Positions 1-10,357 of a stretch of 64,000 nt of DNA are shown here, in pieces (position 1 is the first letter of the stretch; each line of letters opens with the position of its first letter). This DNA is from a bacterium (GTDB lineage Bacteria; Patescibacteriota; JABMPQ01; JBDRIV01). The notes beneath the pieces were generated by a model that saw nothing but the letters and a program-made list of their open reading frames with translations, ran no database searches and was not told where the DNA came from. A program made the position numbers and the translations under genes. Location of the stretch: NCBI GenBank assembly GCA_043815505.1, contig JBDRIV010000002.1, forward strand, positions 502,943 through 566,942. Reading direction: 5' to 3'.

Positions 1-2
1 AA

Positions 3-384
3 AAATATAATTTATACCGGGTATGTTACAGAAGCTGAAAAGAATGATTTATTTAGCAAGGCTGAAGTTTTCATATATCCCAGCTTCTATGAAGGTTTTG
101 GTTTTCCACCAATTGAAGCACTTCTACACAATAAAAAAGTTATAACCTCAAATACAACTTCATTTCCAGAAATAGTTGGCCAGTTTGTCACTATGGTTGA
201 TCCCAACAACAAAAATGATATCAAGCAAGCACTGGAAATAAATATCAATAAAAATCAGGAAATAAAGCCAGAAATTATAGTTGATCTTAAAGAAAAACTG
301 GATTGGCAAAAAACCGCCCAGAAAGTAGAAAATCTCTTTATCAAAATAAAAAATAGATTTGACCAAATTGCAAAATCAACGTAA
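3..384 (+). CDS. Glycosyltransferase family 4, C-terminal fragment (5' end lies outside the window)
   Basis: Frame 3 is open from the window edge. It translates to ...YTGYVTEAEKNDLFSKAEVFIYPSFYEGFGFPPIEALLHNKKVITSNTTSFPEIVG..., the GT4 EX7E / retaining-GT C-terminal motif. Stop TAA at 382-384. The 193..384 ORF in the track is only the internal-Met tail of this gene. Confidence 0.75.
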   Translation, partial: NIIYTGYVTEAEKNDLFSKAEVFIYPSFYEGFGFPPIEALLHNKKVITSNTTSFPEIVGQFVTMVDPNNKNDIKQALEININKNQEIKPEIIVDLKEKLDWQKTAQKVENLFIKIKNRFDQIAKST

Positions 385-418
385 AATATAATTGATTTTG
401 TTTTTGATTTAGAAAAAA

Positions 419-1552
419 ATGAAAATTGGTATTGATGCCCGTTTTGCCGGACCAATGGCTAAGGGATTGGGTCGGTATACACAAAGGCTGATAGCAAATC
501 TTATTGAAATTGATAAAAATAATGAATATGTTTTGTTCCTTAACAAGGAGAATTTTAATTTGTTTGCAGAATCACAGAGGATAAAAAAAGTGCAGGCTAA
601 TTTTCGTTGGTATACTTTAACGGAGCAAATAAAACTTCCTCGATTATTGAAGAAAGAGAAATTAGATTTAGTTCATTTTCCTCATTTCAATGTTCCCATA
701 TTGTACAAGCAACCGTTTGTTGTTACTTTGCACGACTTAATAATAACGCATTTTCCTTCTCGCAGGGCAACTACCCTTGGTCCTTTCTTCTATTTTTTTA
801 AGCAATTAGCCTATCGCTATGTGACCAGAAGTGCTGTTAAGCGTGCCAAGAAAGTTATAACCGTATCAAATTATTCCAAGGCAGAAATTGTAAAACATTT
901 TAAAATTCCTGATACAAAAATAGCAGTTACCTATGAAGCAGCCGACAAGAAATGTTTGCAGGTTAATGAAGAGTTTATAAGTAAAACTTTAAACAAATTT
1001 GGTATTAAAAAAGATTATATTTTGTATGTTGGTAATGCTCATCCTCACAAAAATTTAGATAGATTAATAGAAGCTTTTAAGATAATTTGTAAGAAGCGTA
1101 ATGATTTAAAATTAGTTTTAGTAGGTAAGAAGGATTATTTTTATTCCCGTTTAGAAGAAGAAAGTATAAAAAACCACAGCGCTGATTTTATGAAAAATGT
1201 AAAATTTCCTGGCTTTGTTACTGACAGAGAATTAGCAGCTCTTTATCGTCAGGCCAGTTTATACGTATTTCCATCTTTATATGAAGGATTTGGTTTACCA
1301 CCCATTGAAGCCATGACGTGTGGTATACCGGTGATATCAGCCAATACTTCTTGTTTACCAGAAATTTTGGGAGAAGCGGCGGATTATTTTGATCCATATA
1401 AAACAGAAGAAATGGCACAGAAAATAATAGATTTAATTGACGACGAAGAAAAAAAATGTGATTTAATAAATAAGGGTTTTAGTTTGATTAAAAAATATTC
1501 CTGGCACAATTTAGCTGAGAAAACATTAGATATTTATGAAAAAGCAAAATAG
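419..1552 (+). CDS. Glycosyltransferase family 4 (GT-B, retaining)
   Basis: 377 aa. C-terminal VFPSLYEGFGLPPIEAMTCGIPVISANTSCLPEILGEAADYF is a canonical GT4 motif. Tandem with the upstream GT4 fragment. Confidence 0.85.
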   Translation: MKIGIDARFAGPMAKGLGRYTQRLIANLIEIDKNNEYVLFLNKENFNLFAESQRIKKVQANFRWYTLTEQIKLPRLLKKEKLDLVHFPHFNVPILYKQPFVVTLHDLIITHFPSRRATTLGPFFYFFKQLAYRYVTRSAVKRAKKVITVSNYSKAEIVKHFKIPDTKIAVTYEAADKKCLQVNEEFISKTLNKFGIKKDYILYVGNAHPHKNLDRLIEAFKIICKKRNDLKLVLVGKKDYFYSRLEEESIKNHSADFMKNVKFPGFVTDRELAALYRQASLYVFPSLYEGFGLPPIEAMTCGIPVISANTSCLPEILGEAADYFDPYKTEEMAQKIIDLIDDEEKKCDLINKGFSLIKKYSWHNLAEKTLDIYEKAK

Positions 1553-3704
1553 AAAATTTGTTACCGATATTATAAAAGACCACAATAATAATAAAGTGGT
1601 TGATTTGAGGCAGTTGGTTGAAGAAATTCCCACAGCATCTCCTCAGGTTAAAATAGAGAAAAGTTTAGTACAGAATATTGCTGATGAAATTCCTCGGAGC
1701 AAATCTTTTGTTATTAAAAAACTTAGTTGGGCTGGGCTACTATTACTTGTTATGATGATTTTTCCAGGACTTATTAAATTTTCTGATTATGTAAACAATA
1801 ATTTACTTGCCAAACAGGGAGTAGTTTTGGGTGAAGCTTTAAATGCTTTTGATCATGCTAAATCAGCCGGTTCTTCTCTAGCTGACATTAATTTAGAGTC
1901 AGCAGTTTTTAAATTTAATTTGGCAGCGGAAGGATTTAAAGAAGCTAAAACAGACATAGATGAAACCAATGTTATTATTCGGGAAATAGTGAAAGTATTG
2001 CCAGGAGGATCAAAATTGGCTTCAGCTGAACACATGTTAGAAGCAGGAGCTAATCTCTCTCAAGCCGGTGAAAGTTTAGCTAAAGCCATGCAACCCTTAA
2101 ACTCAATTAACAACACAATTTCTGGTGCTATGGATACAGATAAAAAGAACCGCAGTTCCATAACCGAGAATTTATTGGTTAGCAAAGCGCACTTGGAAGT
2201 TGTAAAGGATAAAGTTGCTCTAGCGCTGGATCACATTGAAAAAGTTAATGTTAACGATTTACCGGAAAATCAACGTGAGCAATTTGATAAAATAAAAAGC
2301 ATGGTTCCGCAAATTAGAGAAACCGTGTCTTCAATTTCTACCTATTCAGATTCATTTTTGGAATTGCTTGGACATAATATGAAAAAACGTTATTTGCTTC
2401 TCTTTACCAATAATCGAGAAGTGAGAAAAGGAGGTGGTTTTATTGGTACTTATGGATTATTAGATATTCAAGATGGTAATATCACGAAATTATTTGTTGA
2501 GGGTCCTTATAACATTGATGGTCAATTAAAAGAAACCATTGCTTCTCCAACTCCTTTACATTTAATAAATCCAACATTTTATATGCGTGATGCTAATTTC
2601 TTTTTGGATTATCCCACTTCCGCTCAAAAAGTCGCAGAGCTTTATGAAAAATCTGGTGGTGTTACTGTAGACGGAGTTATTTCTATAAATGCTTCTTTAA
2701 TGCCGAAGCTTTTAAAAATTACTGGCCCTGTTGCCATGCCAGAATATGATACCACAATAAATTATGAAAACTTTTACGATCAAACTCAGGTGGAAGTTGA
2801 ATTTGAGTATGATAAAGAAGAAAATAAACCTAAACAGTTTATTGCTGATTTGATGCCAAAAATATTTGAGAAATTAAGTTTTTTAGAATCAAATCAAACA
2901 GTGGAATTGGTTAATTTGCTTTTCGGTTCTCTACAAAATAAAGAAATCATGTTGTATTTCTTTGATGATAATTTGCAACAATTAGCATCTGAAAATGGTT
3001 TTACTGGCGAGGTTCCAGAAACAGATAAAGATTACCTAGCTATTGCCGAAAGTAATATTGGCGGGGGAAAAACTAGCAATGTGATAAAAAGAGATGTCGA
3101 TTTAAAAACCAATATAAGTAGTGATGGAAAAATTACTAATGAGTTAAAGATAGTAAGTTCTCACACTGGTGATCCTGAAAATATTTGGTCAGGAATAAAA
3201 AACGTAACTTATTTAGAAATATTTGTACCACAGGGTGCTAAATTAATAAAAGCTGAAGGTTTTGATGACTGGATATTCTCGAGATTGAAACCTGAATTGG
3301 ATAACGCCATCGATGACTCTCTGGTAAAACAAATTGAGAATAGTAAAAGCATACATAAAGAATCATCAACCGTTATTGGTGTGGAATCAGAAAAAACAAC
3401 TTTTGGAAATTGGTTAGAAATTGCTCCCAGTGAAAAAAAGGAAATAACTTTAGTTTATGAATTACCGTTTAAAATTGATACCAAAAACAATAGTGTTGAT
3501 TCTTACTCAATTTATTATCAGAAACAAGCAGGCACAAATCCGTTACAAATAAAACATGTTATTGAATACCCCGATAATTATAAATCTTTATGGAATTATA
3601 ATACGTTAGACAATTTGGATAAAGAATTTAATTTGATAAGATTCTCAGGTCAACTTGACCGAGATATGATTACCGCTTTTGTTTTGGAAAATATAAATGA
3701 ATAA
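1536..3704 (+). CDS. DUF4012 domain membrane-anchored protein (paralog 1)
   Basis: 722 aa with an N-terminal TM (LSWAGLLLLVMMIFPGLI). Core KKRYLLLFTNNREVRKGGGFIGTYGLLDIQDGNITKLFVEGPYNIDGQL...VDGVISINASLMPKLLKITGPV is typical of DUF4012. Overlaps the upstream GT4 gene by 17 nt. A paralog sits at 37848-39773. Confidence 0.7.
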   Translation: MKKQNRKFVTDIIKDHNNNKVVDLRQLVEEIPTASPQVKIEKSLVQNIADEIPRSKSFVIKKLSWAGLLLLVMMIFPGLIKFSDYVNNNLLAKQGVVLGEALNAFDHAKSAGSSLADINLESAVFKFNLAAEGFKEAKTDIDETNVIIREIVKVLPGGSKLASAEHMLEAGANLSQAGESLAKAMQPLNSINNTISGAMDTDKKNRSSITENLLVSKAHLEVVKDKVALALDHIEKVNVNDLPENQREQFDKIKSMVPQIRETVSSISTYSDSFLELLGHNMKKRYLLLFTNNREVRKGGGFIGTYGLLDIQDGNITKLFVEGPYNIDGQLKETIASPTPLHLINPTFYMRDANFFLDYPTSAQKVAELYEKSGGVTVDGVISINASLMPKLLKITGPVAMPEYDTTINYENFYDQTQVEVEFEYDKEENKPKQFIADLMPKIFEKLSFLESNQTVELVNLLFGSLQNKEIMLYFFDDNLQQLASENGFTGEVPETDKDYLAIAESNIGGGKTSNVIKRDVDLKTNISSDGKITNELKIVSSHTGDPENIWSGIKNVTYLEIFVPQGAKLIKAEGFDDWIFSRLKPELDNAIDDSLVKQIENSKSIHKESSTVIGVESEKTTFGNWLEIAPSEKKEITLVYELPFKIDTKNNSVDSYSIYYQKQAGTNPLQIKHVIEYPDNYKSLWNYNTLDNLDKEFNLIRFSGQLDRDMITAFVLENINE

Positions 3705-5253
3705 TATTAAAAACGTTAAATCGAAATCTATAATTTCGGCTGCATCACTGCTGTCGATTTTTGCGTTATTATCAAGAATAATTGGATTATTGCGCGATCG
3801 CTTACTGGCCAGTGAATTTGGTGCTTCAGAACAACTTGATATTTATATGGCTGCTTTTAGAATTCCTGATTTTCTATTTAATATAATTGTTCTCGGCGCC
3901 TTATCAGCTGCTTTTATACCTATCTTCACAAAATATATTACAAAAAATAAACTTGATAGAGCTTGGCGTTTCACAAATACAATTATTAATTTAACAATAA
4001 TAGTTTTGATTGTTATCTCAATTCCTATAATTGTTTTTGCTAAGCAATTTATGATTTTAATTGCTCCAGGACTTCCTCCTGAAGCACGAGAATTGGCAGC
4101 GGAATTAACTAGAATTATGCTTTTATCACCATTAATATTTAGTATTTCGAATATTGCAGGAAGTGTTTTACAATCTTTTAAAAAGTTTTTTCTTTATTCC
4201 TTAGCTCCACTTTTTTATAATTTAGGAATAATTTTTGGCATAATTGTACTTGTTCCCAAATATGGGGTTCACGGTTTAGCTTACGGTGTAATTTTGGGTG
4301 CAATTTTACATTTACTGGTACAACTACCGGCTGTTTTCATTTTAGGTTTTAGATATAAAATTAAATTTGATTTACAACAGAAATCAATTTCTTTACTTAC
4401 TAGGTTAATGGGACCAAGGACCCTTTCTTTATTAATAGTACAAATAAATTTATTAATAATTACTGCCATTGCTTCATTTTTACAAGAGGGGAGCATAACT
4501 ATTTTTAATTTTGCCAATAACTTACAAAGTGTACCTATTGGTGTAATTGGAATATCATTTGCTGTCGCTGCTTTTCCATTTTTATCAGAAGCGTCATCAA
4601 AAAATAATTACCAGAAATTCTTAAGCTACTTTTCCAAAGCTTTTCGTCAAATAATATTTTATATTGTTCCCATTTCTGTTCTGATGTTTGTTTTAAGAGC
4701 TCAGATTGTACGTTTAGTCTTAGGATCAGGTGAATTTGATTGGGAAGATACAGTTTTAACTTTGGAAACATTAGCATTTTTTGCTCTAAGCTTATTTGCT
4801 CAAGGTTTAATTCCGTTGCTTGTTAGATCTTTTCACACCTTAGAAGACACAAAAACTCCTTTGCAAATCGGCTTGGTCAGCATGGCAATCAACGCTGCCT
4901 TAGCTTACCCCTTAGCTTCAATTTTTGGTGTGGCTGGGTTAGCTTTAGCATTTTCTATTGCTAGTATTGTTCAAATGATTTCCTTGTATGTTTTATTAAA
5001 AGGAAGACTGGGTAATCTCAATGACAATATAATTATAAAAGGTTTTTTACATATAATAGTAAGTTCAATATTAGCTGGCTTAATTGTTTATCTGGCTCTT
5101 TATTTATTTGCTCCAATTCTTGATACCAGAACATTCGTTGGTTTGTTGTTGCAAACAATTGGAGCAGTAATTTTAGGAACTTTGTTGTATCTAGGATATC
5201 ATTATCTTTTAAAAACAAAGGAGTTTAAAGAAATTTTCAATGGAGGAAAATAA
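3697..5253 (+). CDS. murJ: Lipid II flippase MurJ (MviN)
   Basis: 518 aa polytopic protein. N-terminus SAASLLSIFALLSRIIGLLRDRLLASEFGASEQLDIYMAAFRIPDFLFNIIVLGALSAAFIPIF is the canonical MurJ signature. Start overlaps the upstream stop in an ATGA arrangement. Confidence 0.9.
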   Translation: MNNIKNVKSKSIISAASLLSIFALLSRIIGLLRDRLLASEFGASEQLDIYMAAFRIPDFLFNIIVLGALSAAFIPIFTKYITKNKLDRAWRFTNTIINLTIIVLIVISIPIIVFAKQFMILIAPGLPPEARELAAELTRIMLLSPLIFSISNIAGSVLQSFKKFFLYSLAPLFYNLGIIFGIIVLVPKYGVHGLAYGVILGAILHLLVQLPAVFILGFRYKIKFDLQQKSISLLTRLMGPRTLSLLIVQINLLIITAIASFLQEGSITIFNFANNLQSVPIGVIGISFAVAAFPFLSEASSKNNYQKFLSYFSKAFRQIIFYIVPISVLMFVLRAQIVRLVLGSGEFDWEDTVLTLETLAFFALSLFAQGLIPLLVRSFHTLEDTKTPLQIGLVSMAINAALAYPLASIFGVAGLALAFSIASIVQMISLYVLLKGRLGNLNDNIIIKGFLHIIVSSILAGLIVYLALYLFAPILDTRTFVGLLLQTIGAVILGTLLYLGYHYLLKTKEFKEIFNGGK

Positions 5254-7015
5254 AATTAGAAATTTTTGTATAATCGCTCATATCGATCATGGGAAATCAA
5301 CACTTGCTGATCGTTTTTTAGAAATCACCGGAACTGTCTTAAAACGCGACATGAAAGAACAATTGCTAGACCAAATGGACATTGAACGCGAGAGAGGAAT
5401 TACCATCAAACTTCAACCGGTGCAAATGAAATATTATGACTGTACTTTAAACCTGATTGATACTCCCGGACATGTTGATTTTACTTACGAAGTTTCTCGT
5501 TCTTTAGCTTGTGTAGAAGGAGCAATTTTAGTAGTGGATGCAGCCCAAGGTGTGGAAGCACAAACTTTATCAAATTTGTATTTAGCCATGGAACAGGATT
5601 TGAAAATAATTCCTGTTATTAACAAAATAGATTTACCCAATGCTGAAGTGGCAAAAGTTGAACAAGAATTAATTTCTTTATTAAATATAAAACCAGAGGA
5701 AATATTAAAAGCCTCTGCTAAAAATGGAAAGGGAGTAGAAGAAATATTGCAAAGTGTTATTAAAAATATACCTCCGCCACAAAAAGAAGATAAAAAGGAA
5801 TTGCAAGCACTAATTTTTGATTCCGAGTACGATTCTTATCAGGGAGTAATTGCCTATGTTCGTGTTATGCAAGGTGAATTAAACAAAAATGATATTGTAA
5901 AATTCGCAGCTAATAATAGCAAAAGTGAATGTTTAGAATTGGGCGTCTTTAAACCTAAGAAAGTTAAAAAGGAAAGTATCAAGGCTGGTGAAATCGGATA
6001 TATTGTGACCGGTTTACGTGATTTAAGTTTATGTCAAGTCGGAGACACAATAATTAATCCTGAAGCAAACACCAAAGCTTTACCGGGATATAAACCTTTA
6101 AGCCCCATGATTTTTGCCAGTATTTATCCGCAAGAAGCGTCCGAATATACAAATTTGAAAGATGCGTTAGAAAAACTGGTATTAAATGATTCTTCGCTTT
6201 CTTATGAAACAGAAAATTCCAAAGCTCTTGGTTATGGATATCGCTGTGGTTTTTTGGGATTATTACACATGGAAATTGTGCAAGAACGCTTAGAAAGAGA
6301 ATACAATTTAGAATTAATAATAACTGCTCCCTCTGTAACTTATAAATATATAGCCACAAGTGGTGAAGAAAAGGAAATTAAAGCTGCCTCCGAATTACCA
6401 AATCCAGATAGATTCAATTCTATTTTAGAGCCTTGGGTAAGGGTAGATTTATTCTTGCCGAAAAGCTTCATGGGGCCAGTTATGGAATTGGTCCAAAATT
6501 TCCGCGGTGAATATAAAAGTACAGAATTTTTGAATGAAGAAAGGGCAGTTCTGACTTATGAAATTCCTTTAGCCAGTATTGTGACCAAGTTTTATGATCA
6601 ATTAAAAAGTGTCAGTAAAGGATATGCTTCAATGAATTACGAAATAATTGGTTTCCGAGAAGGAGATTTGGTACGTTTGGATATTTTAGTAGCTGAAGAA
6701 GAGGTTTCTCCTCTTTCCTCAATAGTTCCAAAAAATGAAGTCGCAGATATTGCTCGCAATCTTTTAAAACGACTTAAAACCATAATACCTAAACAAAATT
6801 TTGTAGTAGCGTTGCAAGGATCCATTTGGGGTAGAATTATTGCTCGTGAGGACATTTCCGCCTTAAGAAAGGATGTTACAGCTAAATTGTACGGCGGTGA
6901 TGTTACGCGCAAAAGAAAACTTTTAGAAAAACAAAAAAAGGGTAAAAAACGTATGAAACACATAGGTCGGGTAGATATACCACAGGATGCCTTTTTATCC
7001 CTATTAAAAAAATAG
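5240..7015 (+). CDS. lepA: Elongation factor 4 (LepA)
   Basis: 591 aa. G1 motif NFCIIAHIDHGKSTLADRFLEITG, DTPGHVDF, NKIDLP, and a LepA-specific C-terminal domain (...GGDVTRKRKLLEKQKKGKKRMKHIGRVDIPQDAF). Confidence 0.95.
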   Translation: MEENKIRNFCIIAHIDHGKSTLADRFLEITGTVLKRDMKEQLLDQMDIERERGITIKLQPVQMKYYDCTLNLIDTPGHVDFTYEVSRSLACVEGAILVVDAAQGVEAQTLSNLYLAMEQDLKIIPVINKIDLPNAEVAKVEQELISLLNIKPEEILKASAKNGKGVEEILQSVIKNIPPPQKEDKKELQALIFDSEYDSYQGVIAYVRVMQGELNKNDIVKFAANNSKSECLELGVFKPKKVKKESIKAGEIGYIVTGLRDLSLCQVGDTIINPEANTKALPGYKPLSPMIFASIYPQEASEYTNLKDALEKLVLNDSSLSYETENSKALGYGYRCGFLGLLHMEIVQERLEREYNLELIITAPSVTYKYIATSGEEKEIKAASELPNPDRFNSILEPWVRVDLFLPKSFMGPVMELVQNFRGEYKSTEFLNEERAVLTYEIPLASIVTKFYDQLKSVSKGYASMNYEIIGFREGDLVRLDILVAEEEVSPLSSIVPKNEVADIARNLLKRLKTIIPKQNFVVALQGSIWGRIIAREDISALRKDVTAKLYGGDVTRKRKLLEKQKKGKKRMKHIGRVDIPQDAFLSLLKK

Positions 7016-7154
7016 ACTATTATCCAAGTCTATATTCTGATACAATAAGATTACTTGAAAAGTGGTATCATTAGCCATAAAACCATGGATAATGCCACAA
7101 AAGCAACAATAATGATTGCTATAACCTTTCTAAATCCTTTAAATTTTGACATAA

Positions 7155-7745
7155 ATGTTTGATAATTATTTTACACAGGAATTAAAGCCCGAGGAAGAAG
7201 TTATTATTGTTATCCGAAAACACTGGGCAAGCATAATAATATCATTTATAAAAGTCTTTGTCATCTGGATAATTTTAGCTGTTTTGACTCCATTGGCATT
7301 TCAGCAAGTAATGGGAATATTTCTTTTCTTTTTTGTTCTTTCAATTTCTTTAGGCTATGTAACTTATCATTGGATTACGTGGTACTTTGATATATTTATT
7401 ATAACAAATCTTCGTATAATTGATGTTGATCAACACACAATATTTAGAAGAACAGTTTCAGAAGTAACGTTAGAAAACATACAGGACGTGACTTATGAGA
7501 TTACAGGTTTTGTTTCAGCTACTTTCAATTATGGTATTGTTAAAGTTCAAAGTGCTTCGGCTATTCCCAGTATTCAAATGGAATATGTGAAAGATCCTAA
7601 ACAAACACAAGAACTAATTTCTAAATTAGCTCATGATATAAGAGAAAAAAATCAGGTTGTAAACGCTGAAGAGCTAATTAGAATATTACAAAAACAACAA
7701 ACAAATAATAAAAATACAACTAATGCAGAAGAAAAACAATCTTAA
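7155..7745 (+). CDS. Membrane protein with bacterial PH domain (bPH_2 / YdbS-YdbT-like)
   Basis: 196 aa. Cytoplasmic N-segment (EEVIIVIRKHWASII), two TM helices, then a PH-like fold (DIFIITNLRIIDVDQHTIFRRTVSEVTLENIQDV...YGIVKVQSASA). Confidence 0.55.
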   Translation: MFDNYFTQELKPEEEVIIVIRKHWASIIISFIKVFVIWIILAVLTPLAFQQVMGIFLFFFVLSISLGYVTYHWITWYFDIFIITNLRIIDVDQHTIFRRTVSEVTLENIQDVTYEITGFVSATFNYGIVKVQSASAIPSIQMEYVKDPKQTQELISKLAHDIREKNQVVNAEELIRILQKQQTNNKNTTNAEEKQS

Positions 7746-8133
7746 TTCGAAAAACCTTTGGTATCGAATTATTCGGTCACGATTTTTATTGCCTTTATTG
7801 CTTGTGGCTTTAATCTTTGTAGGTATATCTTTGGGTAAAGAAATTCTTAGAAAATATCGTATCGATAATGAAATTAAAAATTTGGAAGCAGATATTCAGG
7901 AATTGGAACACAGAAATCAAGAACTTTCCAATTTACTTGATTATCTGCAAACTGATTCTTACAAGGAAATTCAAGCGCGCGAGCAATTAGGCTTACAAAA
8001 AGAAGGAGAAACCGCTATCACAATACAATCAGATTTAGAAACCCCACCAGAAATTGCAAGCTTTGAGGTTGAAGTAAGAGAAGAGATTCCTAACCCCTTG
8101 CGTTGGTGGAACTATTTTTTTGATAATTCATGA
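7723..8133 (+). CDS. ftsB: Septum formation initiator (FtsB/DivIC family)
   Basis: 136 aa. Single N-terminal TM, leucine-zipper coiled coil (NEIKNLEADIQELEHRNQELSNLL), and the conserved DivIC/FtsB C-motif YKEIQAREQLGLQKEGE. Confidence 0.7.
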   Translation: MQKKNNLNSKNLWYRIIRSRFLLPLLLVALIFVGISLGKEILRKYRIDNEIKNLEADIQELEHRNQELSNLLDYLQTDSYKEIQAREQLGLQKEGETAITIQSDLETPPEIASFEVEVREEIPNPLRWWNYFFDNS

Positions 8134-9107
8134 GTGAAGATTACTTAAAACTTAATGAAGAAACAGAAACTGAGAATAAAAAGCCAAAAAAGAAATTAAA
8201 TTGGGCTTGGCTTTTAGTATTGGTTTTAGTTATATTTAGCGCTCAGTTTCTAATCGTAAAAACTGATGTGGCCGAAAGCTTTCCTGCTAGTGTGCAAAGA
8301 TTTGTTTTTTGGCCGGTGGCAGTTATAAACTATAATAATTTTATTTCCTACTCCTCCTTAGCTGAACATGATAAAGCAATGGAGGTTTTTGCTAATAAAT
8401 CCAGTGATGAAGAATTAGGATTAGGTGTTAATTTTTCCAGTCCAGAGGAAAGACACCACATTGCTCAAGAAAGACTAATTAGAGACACAGTAATTGCCGA
8501 AATTATTCAAAATTACAATTTAGAACCAAATACAAATGAAATAAATGAAGAGTGGGATAATTTAATACAAGAAACTGGAAAGGAAGAAGATTTATTGCAA
8601 TCAATTAATGAATATTTAGGTTGGAATAAAAAAGAATATTTGCAGTTTTCCATGCTTCCCGCTTTGCGAGAAATTAAATTGCATGAATATTATTTGAGCA
8701 CCGAGGATCTTGATGTCGAGGAAAAAAGCAAGCTCAATGCTGATATTGAAAACAAAATGGTGCAAATAAATGAAGAATTGAATTCCAAAAGTTTTGCCGA
8801 TGTAGCAAAAGAATTTTCTGAAGATCCTTATACAGCTACCGAGGGAGGAAATTTAGGTTTTGTAAAAAAAGGAGATTTAGGCGAGGACTTTGATAACATA
8901 ATATTTGATAATAGCATTGGTTTAATTGCAGAACCAATAAAAACTGATTACGGCACATATTTAGTAAAAATTGAAAATATTAAATATGAAGGAGATGAAA
9001 AAACAGTGGATATTAGTTATATTTATTTATCAGCGGCTGATAATTTTGATAATTGGCTCGATAGTAAAATTAACGAAGCCAGCATAATTAGATTCACACC
9101 TTATTAA
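8130..9107 (+). CDS. Parvulin-type peptidyl-prolyl cis-trans isomerase (PpiC/PrsA-like), membrane anchored
   Basis: 325 aa. N-terminal TM (WAWLLVLVLVIFSAQFLIV). C-terminal PpiC domain FADVAKEFSEDPYTATEGGNLGFVKKGDLGEDFDNIIFDNSIGLIAEPIKTDYGTYLVKIENI. Confidence 0.7.
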   Translation: MSEDYLKLNEETETENKKPKKKLNWAWLLVLVLVIFSAQFLIVKTDVAESFPASVQRFVFWPVAVINYNNFISYSSLAEHDKAMEVFANKSSDEELGLGVNFSSPEERHHIAQERLIRDTVIAEIIQNYNLEPNTNEINEEWDNLIQETGKEEDLLQSINEYLGWNKKEYLQFSMLPALREIKLHEYYLSTEDLDVEEKSKLNADIENKMVQINEELNSKSFADVAKEFSEDPYTATEGGNLGFVKKGDLGEDFDNIIFDNSIGLIAEPIKTDYGTYLVKIENIKYEGDEKTVDISYIYLSAADNFDNWLDSKINEASIIRFTPY

Positions 9108-9109
9108 TA

Positions 9110-9182
9110 AGCCCACTGTCGGATTTGAACCGACGACCTGACGCTTACGAAGCGCCTGCTCTACCAACTGAGCTAAGTGGGC
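9110..9182 (-). tRNA. tRNA-Thr (anticodon CGU)
   Basis: Reverse complement GCCCACTTAGCTCAGTTGGTAGAGCAGGCGCTTCGTAAGCGTCAGGTCGTCGGTTCAAATCCGACAGTGGGCT folds as a cloverleaf: acceptor GCCCACT/AGTGGGC, D-arm GCTC-AGTTGGTA-GAGC, anticodon stem GGCGC/GCGTC with loop TTCGTAA (anticodon CGT), T-arm GTCGG-TTCAAAT-CCGAC. CCA is not encoded. Confidence 0.85.
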
Positions 9183-9258
9183 AAACTGATATTATTGTAT
9201 CGGAATAATAGAATTTAGCAAAGTAGGCAAAGAAATAAAATAATGGTAAAATTCGTAT

Positions 9259-10357
9259 ATGCAAGATTTAAAGATAAGAATTACCCAATTAAAAAAACGG
9301 ATACTCGCTTTGCGAGAAAGTCTTTGATTTGGATTCTATACGTATTAAAATAGAAGAGTTACAAATTAAGACTTCAGCCCCGGATTTTTGGCAAGATGCT
9401 GGCATTGCTAAAACTATAATGCAAGAATTGGATACTAAAAAGGATTTAGTTAACACCTGGGATATAATAGAACAAAATATTTCAGAGTTGGAGGACTTTT
9501 TAAAACTTGAGGATGCTGATTTAGAAGAAGAAATTGCCAGCAAATTAACTGCTACTGAAGAAAAACTAAAGGTTATTGAATTAGAATTAAGACTGAGCGG
9601 ACCTTATGATAAAGGTAGCGCTTTGTTATTTATTCACTCTGGAACTGGTGGCATTGATGCTCAGGATTTTGCCGAAATGCTAATGAGAATGTATTTACGT
9701 TTTGCCGAAAACAAAAACTGGAAAGCAGTTGAACTAGAAAAATCAAAAGGGGATGAGGCGGGAATAAAAAGTGTCAGTTTAGAAATTATTGGAAATCTAG
9801 CTTACGGATATTTGAAAGGTGAGAATGGAATTCACAGACTGGTTAGAATGTCGCCCTTTGATGCTAATAAACAACGTCACACATCATTTGCTTTGGTTGA
9901 AGTTATTCCGGTAATAGAGAATGCTAAAGAATTAGAATTAAAGAACGACGATTTAAGAATAGATTCATTTAAAGCTTCTGGACATGGTGGTCAAGGAGTA
10001 AACACAACCGATTCAGCTGTTCGCATCACACATTTACCATCAGGAATAGTTGTAAGTTGCCAGAACGAAAGATCACAGATGCAAAATAAAGAAAAAGCTC
10101 TGCAAATACTAAAATCCAAGTTGTTAATTAAAAATGAAGAGAAAGAAGCTAAGCAGAAAGCAGAGCTTCGAGGGGAACATCAAGAGGCAACTTGGGGAAA
10201 TCAAATCAGATCTTATGTTATGCAACCATATCAAATGATAAAGGATCATCGAACAAAATACGAAACTGTGGAAATTGATAAGGTTTTAAATGGTGATATT
10301 ATGCCCTTTTTAGAAGAATATTTAAACTGGAGTTTAAAAAATGATAAAAATAAATAA
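9259..10357 (+). CDS. prfB: Peptide chain release factor 2, with programmed +1 ribosomal frameshift (frame shifts at 9325)
   Basis: The upstream short ORF starts at ATG 9259 (MQDLKIRITQLKKRILALRESL) and ends at CTT TGA (9322-9327). Shifting +1 there joins the 9329..10357 frame (DSIRIKIEELQ...). The body carries the RF2 signatures SPFDANKQRHTSFA and GGQGVNTTDSAVRITHLPSGIVV (GGQ motif). This is the classic autoregulatory CUU-UGA shift site. The ORF track reports only the downstream part, from a TTG start. Confidence 0.85.
9322..9328 (+). promoter_or_regulatory. RF2 programmed +1 frameshift site CTT TGA T
   Basis: CTTTGAT at 9322-9328. The 0-frame stop TGA sits in a weak context. A purine-rich SD-like GAGAAAG lies 3-4 nt upstream (9313-9319), as in canonical prfB recoding sites. 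Confidence 0.75.

Noticed and set aside
4281-4777. Minus-strand ORFs inside murJ (78 aa, 80 aa) and similar antisense ORFs inside lepA (6054-6359, 6637-6963), pyrG (34712-35592), ctpA (36795-37507) and GT genes
   Set aside because: They lie fully within well-supported long genes on the opposite strand, with low-complexity AT-rich translations. Frame artefacts.
9289-9543. 84-aa minus-strand ORF
   Set aside because: Antisense to the prfB frameshift region and N-terminus, with no SD. Spurious.
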